DNA of 48,620 nucleotides from Octopus bimaculoides (lineage: Eukaryota): NCBI RefSeq assembly GCF_001194135.2, contig NC_068990.1, forward strand, positions 6,132,017 through 6,180,636, written 5' to 3'. Position numbers and translations under genes: made by a program. The notes beneath the pieces are model-generated. The model worked only from the letters and a program-made list of their open reading frames with translations. It was not told where the DNA came from and did no database searches. Of the stretch, positions 1-10,965 are shown one piece after another. Every line of letters begins with the position of its first letter. Positions within the stretch are counted from its first letter, which is position 1.

Positions 1-319
1 ACACCGACAGGTGTTGCCGCAAGGAGTGGCCGGCAGAACGGAAGTGGCGTGACACCGGGGTGTCATTGCCGACGTTGATATCTCGGAGGTGTTCCGCGAA
101 TCGGTCGGCCAGGCGCCGCCCCGTTTGTCCGATGTACAGGGATTGGCAGAGAGAGCAGGAGAGGCAATATATGATGTTGGTAGACGTGCAGGTGAAGGAG
201 TCGGTGATGCGATAGGGTCGGTGATGGGTGCTGGTGAGGAGGGTGGTGTTGGAGAGGTAAGGGCAAGTGCGGCAGCGTGGACGGGAGCAGGGGAAAGAGC
301 GTTTTCTTCCTTTTATCAT
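1..319 (-). mobile_element. Penelope-like element fragment: linker Zn-finger plus GIY-YIG endonuclease (Neptune-type motif layout); runs off the window start
   Basis: Manual translation of a minus frame missing from the ORF track, from ATG 319-317 with no stop to the window edge: MIKGRKRSFPCSRPRCRTCPYLSNTTLLTSTHHRPYRITDSFTCTSTNIIYCLSCSLCQSLYIGQTGRRLADRFAEHLRDINVGNDTPVSRHFRSAGHSLRQHLSV. It has CX4CX2C, FTC, IY..C..C..YIG, R..EH and RHF..H motifs. It abuts (TA)n at ~328-345. Confidence 0.93.
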
Positions 320-459
320 TACTCTCCCATATATATATATATATAAGAAGAAAATAAAACAATGATTGAAGAAGTGAATACTAGAACAGTTAATAAAAAC
401 CTGAATGTAATTGAATTCCAGGAAAACAAATAAATCTCAAAAGACAAAAATATTATTAA

Positions 460-950
460 AGATAACTGAATGCTTAAAACGATATAGATGCTTTGAGAAC
501 AAATGAATGTTTGTAAAATACATATTTAAAGCTTGGAAAATATGTTTAAAAATAAGTGAATGCTTTAAAATAAATGAATGCTTGTAAGACATGCAAATGT
601 CTAAAAAAGAAATAAGTGCATGCTTAAAGTTAAATAAATGCTTGAATGATGCAGGATTGTCTCAAAAATAAAGAAAGGCTTAAACATTAAACAAATGCTT
701 GAAAGGTAAATAAATGCCTCAAAAGTAAAAGAATGCTTAAAAATGAATCGACTAGTTGAAGAATAAAGACATGAGTAAAAATAATGACCACTTAAAACTA
801 AAGGAATTTTTTAAAACATATGAATGGTTAAAATATCCGAGTGTAGGAAAAATTGATGAATGAAATTTCAAACAGATAATAAAAGCTTCGAAAGAAATGA
901 ATGTTTAAAGCATTAAAAACTATTGAATTCTTGAAATAAATGAACTATTG
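460..950. repeat. Degenerate AT-rich minisatellite, ~19-bp period, consensus near AAATAAATGAATGCTTAAA
   Basis: ATGCT/ATGTT cores at ~470, 488, 507, 542, 560, 578, 597, 620, 638, 695, 714 and 733. Confidence 0.7.
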
Positions 951-1161
951 AAACTAACGGATGCATAACAAAAAACTGTTGTAGATGCCTAAAAATTAAA
1001 TGTAGACTTTGTGTTTAGTTTCACACCGATCTTCCTCACAACTTGCATAATGTGAGATGGCTACGGTTGGAAGGATTGCATTACTGCAACATATAAAACC
1101 TATATCAATATGCTATTTAAAAAAAAATACCGATGGCAAAACACTGTGGATGGTGGTAGAA

Positions 1162-1286
1162 GATGATGATGATGGCTATGGTGGCGATGATGATAATGAG
1201 AAGAAGAAGAAGAAGAAGAAGAAGAAGAAGAAGAAGAAGAAGAAGAAGAAGAAGAAGAAGAAGAAGAAGAAGAAGAAGAAGAAGAA
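1162..1286. repeat. (GAT)n then long (GAA)n microsatellite
   Basis: Direct inspection; source of the poly-K/R/S ORFs. Confidence 0.97.
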
Positions 1287-1964
1287 ATGCTATTCGTTGT
1301 AGGCTTATTTTCGATGGAGCAAAATATCAAAAGAAATTCNNNNNNNNNNNNNNNNNNNNNNNNNNNNNNNNNNNNNNNNNNNNNNNNNNNNNNNNNNNNN
1401 NNNNNNNNNNNNNNNNNNNNNNNNNNNNNNNNNNNNNNNNNNNNNNNNNNNNNNNNNNNNNNNNNNNNNNNNNNNNNNNNNNNNNNNNNNNNNNNNNNNN
1501 NNNNNNNNNNNNNNNNNNNNNNNNNNNNNTGTGTGTGTGTGTGTGTGTGTTGCTTTTTTTTATTATTTTGGAAACTTAAGGTTTGAAGTGATGGTAGAAA
1601 TTGAAAGCTTCTCAGAAAATACACTTCTTTTTACACATCCATCCCTACTTTTTACCAAATTTCTTTTAACTAAAAATATGGAGAGGAATTGATAATCAAA
1701 GAAAGGGTGAAATTCTTTCCTCCTCCACGAGAATTTTAAAAAATTGCTATGGTTAAAAATCGATTTTCCTGCTTCTAATTGCTAATCGATAAGCTTACAG
1801 AAGCTATTGAAGATATGGAGATAAATATTGAAGATATGAATATTTGCTGTCGCTGTTGCTTTGTAGTTGATGAGGAGGAGGCGGAGGAGGAGGAGGAGGA
1901 GGAGGAGGAGGTAATTGCTGCTGTTGTTGATGCTGCTGCTGTTGCTGTTGTCGCTGCTTGCGGT

Positions 1965-2182
1965 GTTGCTGTTTAACTTCAGGCTATGCTTGATCGTGAA
2001 GACTTATGACCAAAGATATTCCAGACAGAACTATCTTAATATGTATGTTTTTTTTATATCAGTGGCTACATTAGTCATTGTGCATTTCCCGTATTTTTTT
2101 TTTCTTAATGGCGGTGGTGTAAGAGTTGAGATATATTCGGCTGGTATTTCTCGCAAGCTAAATGACCACCCAATGGCTCCTT
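1965..2182 (-). mobile_element. Interspersed repeat 'family D' (SINE-like, CAA-type tail, structured head)
   Basis: Homologous diverged copies at ~13575-13716, 14200-14262 (tail only), 15063-15290 (+), 15455-15520 (+, head only), 29650-29862 and 31420-31612 share the ..CTAGAAATAGCAGC(C)(G/A)AAT.. head and/or GCTAAACAAC-like tail. Confidence 0.65.
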
Positions 2183-2479
2183 GCTACACTCCGTATCTCT
2201 TCCTTTCAACAATTTACTTCCCCGTCAAATACTTTTACTCAGCAGCTATAAGATATAAAGTGAAGAACAATGGAATCATATTTTGAATAATTTATACAGA
2301 CGTTAACGGTGATGGAGAATATTTTGTTTTTGTAGCAAAGCTTTTTGCTTTGTCATTTTATTTGTGTTGTTTTCGTTTTCGTTTTCTCATGCATAGTTTA
2401 TAGCAGTTAATACACGTGGGGATGTCTATGGAGACGAAACAAAATAGGAAGACGGCAACTTGCAAGAAAACTGGCAACC

Positions 2480-2622
2480 GTGTAGAGAGAGAGAGAAAGA
2501 GGGGTAGGAAGGGAGGGAAGTAGAGAGAAGGAGAGAAAGAAAAGGCAAGGAAGAAGAAGAAGAAGAAGAAGAAGAAGAAGAAGAAGAAGAAGAAGAAGAA
2601 GAAGAAGAAGAAGAAGAAGAAG

Positions 2623-2660
<38 letters not shown>

Positions 2661-2722
2661 GGAGGAGGAGGAGGAAAAGAAGAACAAGAAGAACAAGAAC
2701 AAGAACAAGAACAAGAACAAGA
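2480..2722. repeat. Compound microsatellite (GA)/(GAA)n/(CAA)n/(GAG)n/(GAACAA)n
   Basis: Direct inspection. Confidence 0.97.
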
Positions 2723-2744
2723 ATTTATATTTCATTCGTTTATT

Positions 2745-2945
2745 TTCTTCAGTCATTGGCCTGCGAACATGCTGAGGCACTGCCTCGAAGAGTTTAGTTA
2801 ATCAAATCGACATCTACGTACTGTAACGCTTGGCACTTGTTCTATCGATCTCTTTTTATCGAGCCGTAAACAGGCTAACACTGGCTGTTAAGAACAGAAA
2901 GGCAAGTGCAAAGACGCGCACGCTCACACATACACACGTACGTAC
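2745..2945 (-). mobile_element. SINE family A, 3' part
   Basis: TTCAGTCATTGGCCTGCGAACATGCTGAGGCACTGCC is the reverse complement of the family 3' end seen at 22245-22290 (GGCAGTGCTCCAGCATGGCCGC..ATGACCGAAAC). Confidence 0.75.
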
Positions 2946-2984
2946 GTATGTATGTATATATGTATATGTAAATACATTAACTAG

Positions 2985-3310
2985 ACGGGTGAAGAGAATA
3001 TGAACGCTAATGACATCGTACTTATCGCCGAGGCTACAGATCATGTATAGACCATGCTGACAGGGCGGACACCAATAGTTCAGCAGTAGCCCTTAATATG
3101 AACAGCATGTAAACAAAATGCATGCGACCCGAAGAGGTAGAATACGGTCGAAGAGAGATGGAAAGCGATGAATTCGAGGAGGTACCTGTTTAGGACACAG
3201 TGAATATGCACCGAGATATGGATATTGAAATCTCAAAAAGAATAAGGACACGGGGGAAGGTGTATGCCTCAATAAAGAATGTGTTCAAAGCAAAACTGAA
3301 CAAGAACATA
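2985..3310 (+). mobile_element. RTE-clade LINE reverse transcriptase remnant, 5' part (interrupted by mariner)
   Basis: Decayed translation NANDIVLIAE (YADD-type motif), TML..AVALNMNSM*TKCM, DMDIEISKRIRTRGKVYASIKNVFKAKLNKNI. Confidence 0.8.
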
Positions 3311-4214
3311 CGAGATGGTATCAAAAAGTTCTAAGGGTTAGTGATGTTTAATAAAAATAATAACTTATTTACCTAAGTTTTAACATCATCTCCTTCGAAA
3401 TAGTCACCTTGCGCAGCAATACACTAGACCCAGCGTACTTGTCCCTTTTGGAATCCGGCGTGGAAGTCGTTTTCCGTAAGCGAGTCGAGGACCTTCTACG
3501 ATTCGCCCTGGATCTCGACAAAGGTGTTAAAACGACAGCCTTTGAGGTACATCTTCTCGTTGAGGAGGATATGGAAGTCCGCGGATGTTAAATCTGGCGA
3601 ATAGGGTGGGTTCAGAAGCGATACTATGTTGTTTTTGGCAAGAAACTCACGAGTGTGAATAGGTCGGTGACAGGGTGCATTGTCGTCGTGAAGGATCCAA
3701 TTCTTCGCGCTCCACAGATCCTGTCTCTTTCGCCCTCAAATGTTTAAAAATGTCGTTGATTATCCTCCGACAATCCTCATGCACAAGATGAATTTTGTCC
3801 ACATTTCCGGGGGTGATGCTCGTGACAGGTCTTCCAGATCATTCATTATCCTCCAGAGACGTTCTTCCGCTTTTCAAGACCCCGAGCTACTCGAAATATT
3901 GCATATTACTCATTGTCTCATCGCTGTAAGCATGCTCAATATCTCTGTAGCAGACTTCCTAACTTTAACGCAAAGTTACACGTTGGCTCTTTGTTCCAAC
4001 TTCCTGTCCATGACAAAAATTGCAGATTACAACACACACGTGATCACCGATTACAGCATACACAGATTACAACATACAGGTGGTAAACACAGCGATGTCA
4101 TTCGGCACACTGCCTCTTGAAGGTCACTGCTAGCTCTCACTACGCATGCAACTGTGTGCTCCCATCTGTTGGCGCACAACAGTACTAGTCCGGGAACTTT
4201 GTGATACCACCTCG
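3311..4214 (-). mobile_element. Internally deleted mariner (DD34D-type) transposon, 904 bp, with TIRs and TA duplication
   Basis: TIRs 3311-3331 and 4194-4214 match 19/21; TA at 3309-3310 and 4215-4216. Pseudo-ORF 4011->3373 has N-terminal MDRKLEQRANV*LCVKVRKSATE..SGRTSLEDNE*SGRP and C-terminal WILHDDNAPCH..PPYSPDLTSADF..GDYFEGD. The segment with the first catalytic D is missing. Confidence 0.95.
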
Positions 4215-4216
4215 TA

Positions 4217-4580
4217 CATACCAAACTCTTCAATAGCAGCGTAACACCTACGCTCTTATAAGCTACTGCAAAAAGGGAACATTGATCGGCTACGATGCAA
4301 AGAACCATAGAAAGAATCGAAGCTAGGAATGCCATGGCGAAAGCATACCCGAACTGAAATAATTCGAGAACTGAATACACGATGTGATCGCTCAAAGCGC
4401 AAGTTCTGCTGAGCCGGATATGCCGCAAGATTCACTAACAACAGATGGGCCCATGCAGTTGCCGGGTGATATCCAAGAGACCGGAAAGTGTAACTCAAAA
4501 GTTTCCACAGCAATCGATTTAGTTAAGCGATTTGGGCCAAGATGGAAAAGAATGCCGCAATCAAAGAAATATTGAAGGTG
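4217..4580 (+). mobile_element. RTE-clade LINE remnant, 3' part
   Basis: Continues in frame (HTKLFNSSVTPTLL*), then *AGYAARFTNNRWAHAVAG*YPRDRK, matching the RTE WAGHVAR..NRW....W.PR..KR motif. Confidence 0.8.
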
Positions 4581-4774
4581 CGTTGTGACCAACGATGTAA
4601 GATTACATCCGATATTGTGGTTGATACAGTGATACGCACGTACGCACTCACACACACATTATATACGGGGAACTTCTCCAGGCATTTTAACCCAAAATGT
4701 AGAGAGCCAGAAGATATACCGTAATGCATTTCCGCCGACGTGCAAACGATTCTGTTACTCTCCCGCGCGCAGGG

Positions 4775-4890
4775 TAACGTAAAATGAAGTGTTTTGCTCC
4801 AGATCACAACACAACGCCCGGTCCAGAAATGGAACCCACGATCTAGCAATCGTGGGTGCGGCACCCCTACCACTTGGCCACGCGCCTTCA
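4775..4890 (-). mobile_element. SINE family C, tRNA-like head plus CORE-like box
   Basis: Reverse complement GAAGGCGCGTGGCCAAGTGGTAGG..CGTGGGTTCCATTTCTGGACCGGGCGTTGTGTTGTGATCTGGAGCAAAACAC (A/B-box-like); homologous to 24075-24430. Confidence 0.75.
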
Positions 4891-5699
4891 TTAAGACAGT
4901 AAATTTTTATCCATCCTCTGTAAACAAGACAACGACAAAGTTATAAAACTGGCTTAAGAAGTATCACAATAAAACCATGCAATCTCCTGTAATCTGTCAT
5001 TTTAGAACTTTTTCAGCCGTCGGCTGAATTGGTTTATGTTATAGGAACGACATATAATCAAACAAGTTTGCAATATACATAGAATTATTTGTATCAGAAA
5101 ACAGAGTGGATGTAATTATATTTAACAGTAACATTGTCGAAATGTTTAATTATAGCATTCAGGCTACATATTAGAATTTTAATTTGAGATTTGCATCTAA
5201 AACAATTTATTTCTTGTGTAATAAATGTTATTTATATTGTACAGGAAAATCTCTTATCGAGATAGCTAGCTGTCATATTTAGATAACTTGTTACAATATC
5301 TTTAAAATTTATCTTGATTTAATGTTATAGCATAAATGAAATTGATCCACTTAGTCGTCTACGAAATATTCTAAGCAGTTATGTTTTATGTATGAGATAA
5401 AAAGGTCTGTTGGGAGACCGATAAATATGAAAAAGTTACAGTATCTCCTGAAATATGTTTTCAAATGCAACAAAATTAAATGTATTTATAATCAAACTCT
5501 ACTCTCTCGTGAGGCTTTTGTTGGTTATTTATCATTTGTAGTCATTACAGTAGTTTACTCTATTATGTTTTCTCTATATTTAGATGCATTTCTTGAGATG
5601 CTTTATGTATATATATATATATATATATATATAACTTAGACATGCTTCGGCCAAAGATTGGTCCAGACCATGTCTAACTTAATAGCACAACCTGATAGG

Positions 5700-6165
5700 A
5701 TTAGTTAAATCCTTTTTAAGTCATGTTTAGTAGTATCGTGGAAAGAACAGAGTTTCAATGCTTTAAGGTGGTCCCAATAATCGTGATCAGTCATGCCCTT
5801 AATTCTTTTACTGAATCCCCTCTGAGGCGATTCAGTTTTCGAAATGTTTTGTTTTGTATGAGGAGACCAAAGAGAGCAGCAGTATTCGAGGTGTGGCCGT
5901 ACAAAGGAGGAGAAAAGAGGAGTGATAACACCTTGTTCTCTGGACCGGAAGGTTTTTGGGATCCAGGAGTTCATCGTCCTTAGTATCCAAGAGCCTATAT
6001 CGACCTTATTGTTGATGTTGGCACTCCAGCTGAGATTGTTGTCAACAATTACTCCTAGGTCTCTGATATTAGTAGATGCTGTGAGTGGTTTCCCTGAAGG
6101 AAGAGAGTATAGCTACTTTAGCATAGTCTTTCTTCCAAAATGCGTCAGCTCAAATTTTCCCTCCT
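5700..6165 (-). mobile_element. CR1/L2-type LINE ORF2 C-terminal fragment
   Basis: KFELTHFGRK..IRDLGVIVDNNLSWSANIN..SWILRT..FRSRE..FVRPHLEYCCSLWSPH..ESPQRGFSKRIKGM..LKALKLCS matches the CR1/L2 post-RT motifs (RDLGV, VRPHLEYC, WSP). Confidence 0.9.
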
Positions 6166-7657
6166 TATATATNNNNNNNNNNNNNNNNNNNNNNNNNNNN
6201 NNNNNNNNNNNNNNNNNNNNNNNNNNNNNNNNNNNNNNNNNNNNNNNNNNNNNNNNNNNNNNNNNNNNNNNNNNNNNNNNNNNNNNNNNNNNNNNNNNNN
6301 NNNNNNNNNNNNNNNNNNNNNNNNNNNNNNNNNNNNNNNNNNNNNNNNNNNNNNNNNNNNNNNNNNNNNNNNNNNNNNNNNNNNNNNNNNNNNNNNNNNN
6401 NNNNNNNNNNNNNNNNNNNNNNNNNNNNNNNNNNNNNNNNNNNNNNNNNNNNNNNNNNNNNNNNNNNNNNNNNNNNNNNNNNNNNNNNNNNNNNNNNNNN
6501 NNNNNNNNNNNNNNNNNNNNNNNNNNNNNNNNNNNNNNNNNNNNNNNNNNNNNNNNNNNNNNNNNNNNNNNTATATATATATATATACGCACACACACGC
6601 GCACACTCACACACATATGTATATACCCTTTATACCCTTTATACATACATATATATATATATGTATCCTTTATATATGCATATGTACATATGTGTGTGTG
6701 TGTGTGTGTATAAAAATATATGTGTGTGTATATTAAAACACACGTTATCACACGCACACATCATCATCATCATCATCACCGTCTTCATCATCATCATCAT
6801 CATCATCAAATGTGAAAGGAACAAATAGAATAAAAGGGGGTAAATTTATCCATTGTTCAGTTAATTTTTATTTATCTTTAAGGTGACATGTTTTTTGGCC
6901 CCTTATCACTGGAAATATGGTTGATTAATTGCGTTCCTGAAATTTTGAAACCAATGAACTTAATTTAATTTCCATCGATTAAATATGATATTTATTGAAT
7001 ATTCTCTCATGTCGTCTTGCCTTTTACTTTTTTCTTTTTTCTTTTTTTTTTTTTTTTCCTGATCTTGTTTCAGTTGTATTTACGCGTTTTTTAGGTTTTT
7101 TTTTTTTTTTTGCTTCATTCGTTTGGTATTTTGCGAAATTTTATTTATTACGCTTCATGTAATATTTATATATTTTATATTTTTTAATCTGGTATCTTCT
7201 TTGTTTTACTTGTTTGTTCGTTTGTTTGTTTGTTTGTTTGTTTGGAGTATTGTGAAAAGCATATTTTGAAAATGTTAGATATTACGTTACTGTGGATATT
7301 ATTGTTGTTGTTGTTGTTGTTGTTGTTGTTATTTTAGGTTGTTTCTTAAAACTTTTCAAGTTCTTTCGTCTTTCGGTTGCAATTTGGAGATAAAAAAAAA
7401 GGTAGATATAGAGAGAGAAAGATTAAGAAATTACGAGAGGAAAGACCGAGAGAAGAAGACAGTAAGATTGAGAAAGATAAAGGCGAGAAGAGGAAGAGAG
7501 ACAGAAGACGAAAGAAAGGAAGCGATAAGGAAGGAGAGAGCAGAGGAGATAAACTGAGAGAAAAGAGAGAGAAGGGAAAGAGAGAGAGACAGCTGAATGG
7601 TTCTGATAAATAAAAAACAGACATTAACAGTGTTGTTTGGTCTTGTAATTGATGGAA

Positions 7658-7703
<46 letters not shown>

Positions 7704-7705
<2 letters not shown>

Positions 7706-7779
7706 GTTATGGGGACATAAACACACCAATACCAGTTGTCAAGCGATGGTGGGGTATAAACACCCAAACTCACAAATAT

Positions 7780-7824
<45 letters not shown>

Positions 7825-7958
7825 ACGGGCTTCTTTCAGTTTCCGTCCACCAAATCCGCTCACAAGGCTTTGGCCGAGACTATGTTAGAAGACACTTGTC
7901 GAAGGTGCCACGCAGCGGGGCTGAACCCGGGACCATGTGGCTGAGAAGCAAGATTCTT
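7704..7958 (-). mobile_element. SINE family A with internal (TA)n
   Basis: Reverse complement gives a tRNA-like head (CCACATGGTCCCGGGTTCAGCCCC), CORE-like GGCACCTTCGACAAGTGTCTTC, GGAAACTGAAAGAAGCCCGT, a microsatellite and CCATCGCTTGACAAC. Confidence 0.85.
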
Positions 7959-8914
7959 TATTTCTTTTAAATCGCCATAAAGGCATTACACAGAGAGGGA
8001 CACTACAACACATGTGGAGACATATAACACTTAAAATAAAAATATGAAAATGAACATATTGATATTTTATATGGGTATAGGTTGGAAAGGTTTAAGTTTG
8101 TAGATTTAGAAACAAATTTTTAGACTTGATCAGAGGTATAACTCCTTGTAGATTCTCTTCTTGGAGGAAGTAGAACCTGATGCCTTTTTTTTCCAGTTAG
8201 GTATTTCAATGAAATATATCTTAGATGAAGGTAATTAAAACTGTAATAATTGAATTGACTGAAATTTGGTAATATTGGTCACGAAGGTTTACTGTTGTAA
8301 TGAAATGAATCCCTTCGTAATATAATTAATAAGTTACAGATTATATCATGCTGAAGATTTCTAAAACAAAATAATAAATGATTATCATCAGCTAGAAATT
8401 ATGAAGACTTCATAATGGCTAAAATAAAAATTAAATATGGAAACTAAATGCGACGTCCTCCTCGTGCTTCTTAATTTCAAATTCAAATTTCTAATCCCGC
8501 CTCGTACTGTAAGAAGATGATTATCTCCCTTGTTTTAACGGCCGTGGCCAGAGGACATCACTTGTAATAATGTGTTAGTTTCTCAGAAAATTATTCAAGC
8601 GAAGCAGCAAGTTTACTCATAATTTAAAAGCAGAAAGAAAAAAATAAGTTTAATCCAGTTAGGATAAATAATATTTGAGGTAATTTTCACAAGGTTCAGT
8701 AATTAATAAAGGATCTTGTTCTATAACCCACAGGTGGTAAATATAACTGTCATAGATCAAACGAGGTATATTTAGTCAAGCTTTCAACAATAGAAAACAT
8801 TTTGATCAAAGAGAGTAAGGTAATAAAAGAGACACCATAAGAAGAGAAATGTACTTTGAACATAGATACGATTATGAATAGCAAGTCTACTTAATAAAAA
8901 CAGAAAAATGAAAT

Positions 8915-9025
8915 TGTTTTTAAATATTTCATAATAGGATATTCAATGTTTTTAAATATTTTTAATAGGATATTCAATGTTTTTAAATATTTTTAATAGG
9001 ATATTCAATGTTTTTAAATTTTTCA
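8915..9025. repeat. 31-bp tandem repeat, ~3.3 copies
   Basis: TAGGAT recurs at 8935, 8966 and 8997; unit ATAGGATATTCAATGTTTTTAAATATTTTTA. Confidence 0.9.
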
Positions 9026-9531
9026 GGATGGATAAGCTTTGAGTAAAATTATATTCATAATGGCACAAAGTAATTATCTGCTTCTCGTGGACCGAGTAGG
9101 ATAACCTGTTGTGGAAACTTCTAAAGTATTACTGGAAAACTCAGTGAAGCAGATCAAAGTAACGAGTATGATTGTAATTTTCAGGGCCATTAATCTCATC
9201 TTTCGACAACTGAATATTTATAATTACACTATTTTTCGATCATTAAACATCTTATTTCTGGATATCTACACTATCCTAGACTCAATTCGATCTTGGAACT
9301 TATATTTCTAAGTTAAGGGTAATAATATTATTTACTATTCCACTATGATAGTGGAATAGTAAAGTTATCCTCATGGTAAAGTTATCCTCGGTGGAATTTG
9401 AACTCGGAATGTAGGGCTATAGTTATATACTGCAAGGCAGTTTTTCCGAAGCTTTAAGAATCCTACCAACCCACAAACTCCAATGCGGCAGTTATAACAG
9501 CAAGAATTCAAGTTATTCGAGGCAATACACT

Positions 9532-9578
9532 GAAGGCGCATGACTCAGTGGTTAGAGTGTCAAGCTTACAATTCCCGG
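9532..9578 (+). mobile_element. SINE family C head, 5' piece split by the TIR element
   Basis: GAAGGCGCATGACTCAGTGGTTAGAGTG..CAATTCCCGG; the body resumes at 10706. Confidence 0.8.
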
Positions 9579-10705
9579 AAGCAAATTCTTCCCACGAGAG
9601 TTCCGGACCCCAGTAATGAACTCATTTGCATACAGCCAATCAGAGTAGAGCCACCTTTATCCTTTTTTTCCTTTCTAATCAGCACCGTGCATATCTTACT
9701 CTTTCCCTCTCTACTGGCAGACAGCAACCTTTTTGTCACTATCGCAAAACATTTTCATAATAGGAGAGTATTGTAATTTGCTTGAAGCATTGTGTATTGT
9801 TTGTAAAAAATAAAAAGTTTTGAATGGTACAACAATGCACTATAATACAAAAAATGGACTATATATCTGTTGTAATTTAGTTATCCATAGTCCGATGATA
9901 TTTCGCTGCTAGCGACTCCATCTAAGAATATCTGAAGAAGGAATTGTATTCCGAAATATCATCGGACTATGGATATAACTAAATTACAACAGGTCCATTT
10001 TTTGTATTATAGTGCATTGTTGTACTATTCAAAACTTTTTATTCTTTATTTTCATAATCACTACAAGTACTACTGTCTCTAACTACCTGTCGGGCAAACG
10101 AATAAATATATTTGGTGTGATCCTTCGATGTTCATTGGTTACTCCGACGTTGGCACAATAATACACTTGCCCAAACTCAATTGTTGGAGTTATTTCATTT
10201 TTATTTCCAGAAAAATGTTTTTAAAAAGTTATAGAGGTTTAGTTTGATCATCTTCACCCTGTCAGGCGAAAAGATAAGGTCACTTGGTTAAGGAATGACC
10301 ATGCTTCTTTTCTCTTTTAATAATGCTTACTGTTCTTGTTCTTGTTTCAACCATGGCTGCCTCTGCGTATTTATTTGTGCTGTTGTTTATTTTGTAAAGT
10401 AGTAAGGGGATAGGATTGCTAGCACATCATCCTCTACCCACATTTTTCCCATCCACGTCTTTACCATATGGGGCCCTAACAAAACCGGATAATAGGTATA
10501 GATACAAATCTATCTAATTACTTGTCTCCTAAAATCAGGCATAACTTGGCGATCGATCTACTTACAACACTGTTCTTCGTCTTGAGTTTACTTGGTAGAG
10601 TGTGTTTGTTAACTTGACAACAAGGTCAAGGTGAGCTCTGATTAGCTGTATGCAAATGAGTTCATTACTGGGGTCCGGAACTCGCATGGGAATAATTTTT
10701 CGCTT
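9579..10705. mobile_element. Non-autonomous DNA transposon with ~67-70-bp TIRs
   Basis: 9579-9645 and the reverse complement of 10636-10705 differ by a 3-nt indel and 4 substitutions. Flanking direct repeat is CCCGG (or TTCCCGGAA if the ends are 9581/10703). Confidence 0.88.
9929..9963 (+). ncRNA. Candidate minimal type I hammerhead ribozyme (PLE-type)
   Basis: AU-CUGAAGA-A-GGAAU/UGU/AUUCC-GAAA-UAUC|AU: core, 5-bp stem II, palindromic AUAU stem III (dimer type), AUC site and a 2-bp stem I. Confidence 0.55.
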
Positions 10706-10965
10706 CCCGGAATGGGCTACGTGATGTGTTCTTAAGCAAGACACTTTATTTTACTCATCTGTAGAAATGAATTGCGACATTACTGGTACCAGGCTGTATC
10801 GGCCTTTGCCTTTCCTTTGGACAGCACAGGTGGCGTGGAGAGGGGAGACTTGTATGCATGGGCAACGTCTAGTCTTCCACAAACAATCTTTCTCGGTCCT
10901 GCTGTATCTCGGAGGGGAACATTCTAGATACAATCCCATGGTCATTCGTGGCCGAAAGGTGTCTA
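10706..10965 (+). mobile_element. SINE family C body and 3' part
   Basis: TGTGTTCTTAAGCAAGACAC..GCTGTATCGGCCTTTGCCTTTCC..GGTGGCGTGGAGAGGGGAG..CAATCCCATGGTCATTC; homologous to 24075-24430 and 44695-44846. Confidence 0.88.

Noticed and set aside
63-362. ORF-track 99-aa and 85-aa ORFs
   Set aside because: Shadow frames of the GIY-YIG coding frame.
1057-2780. Poly-K/R/S/E/F ORFs
   Set aside because: Translations of trinucleotide microsatellites and an N gap.
5922-6757. Long X-filled ORFs (also at 21.5-22.2, 25.5-26.3, 26.8-27.5, 35.0-35.9 (+ strand), 39.5-40.4 and 46.0-46.6 kb)
   Set aside because: They stay open only because N runs and (TA)/(TG) tracts lack stops.
7346-7729. R/E/K-rich ORFs
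   Set aside because: GA-rich low-complexity sequence and (GTA)n; no domain signal.
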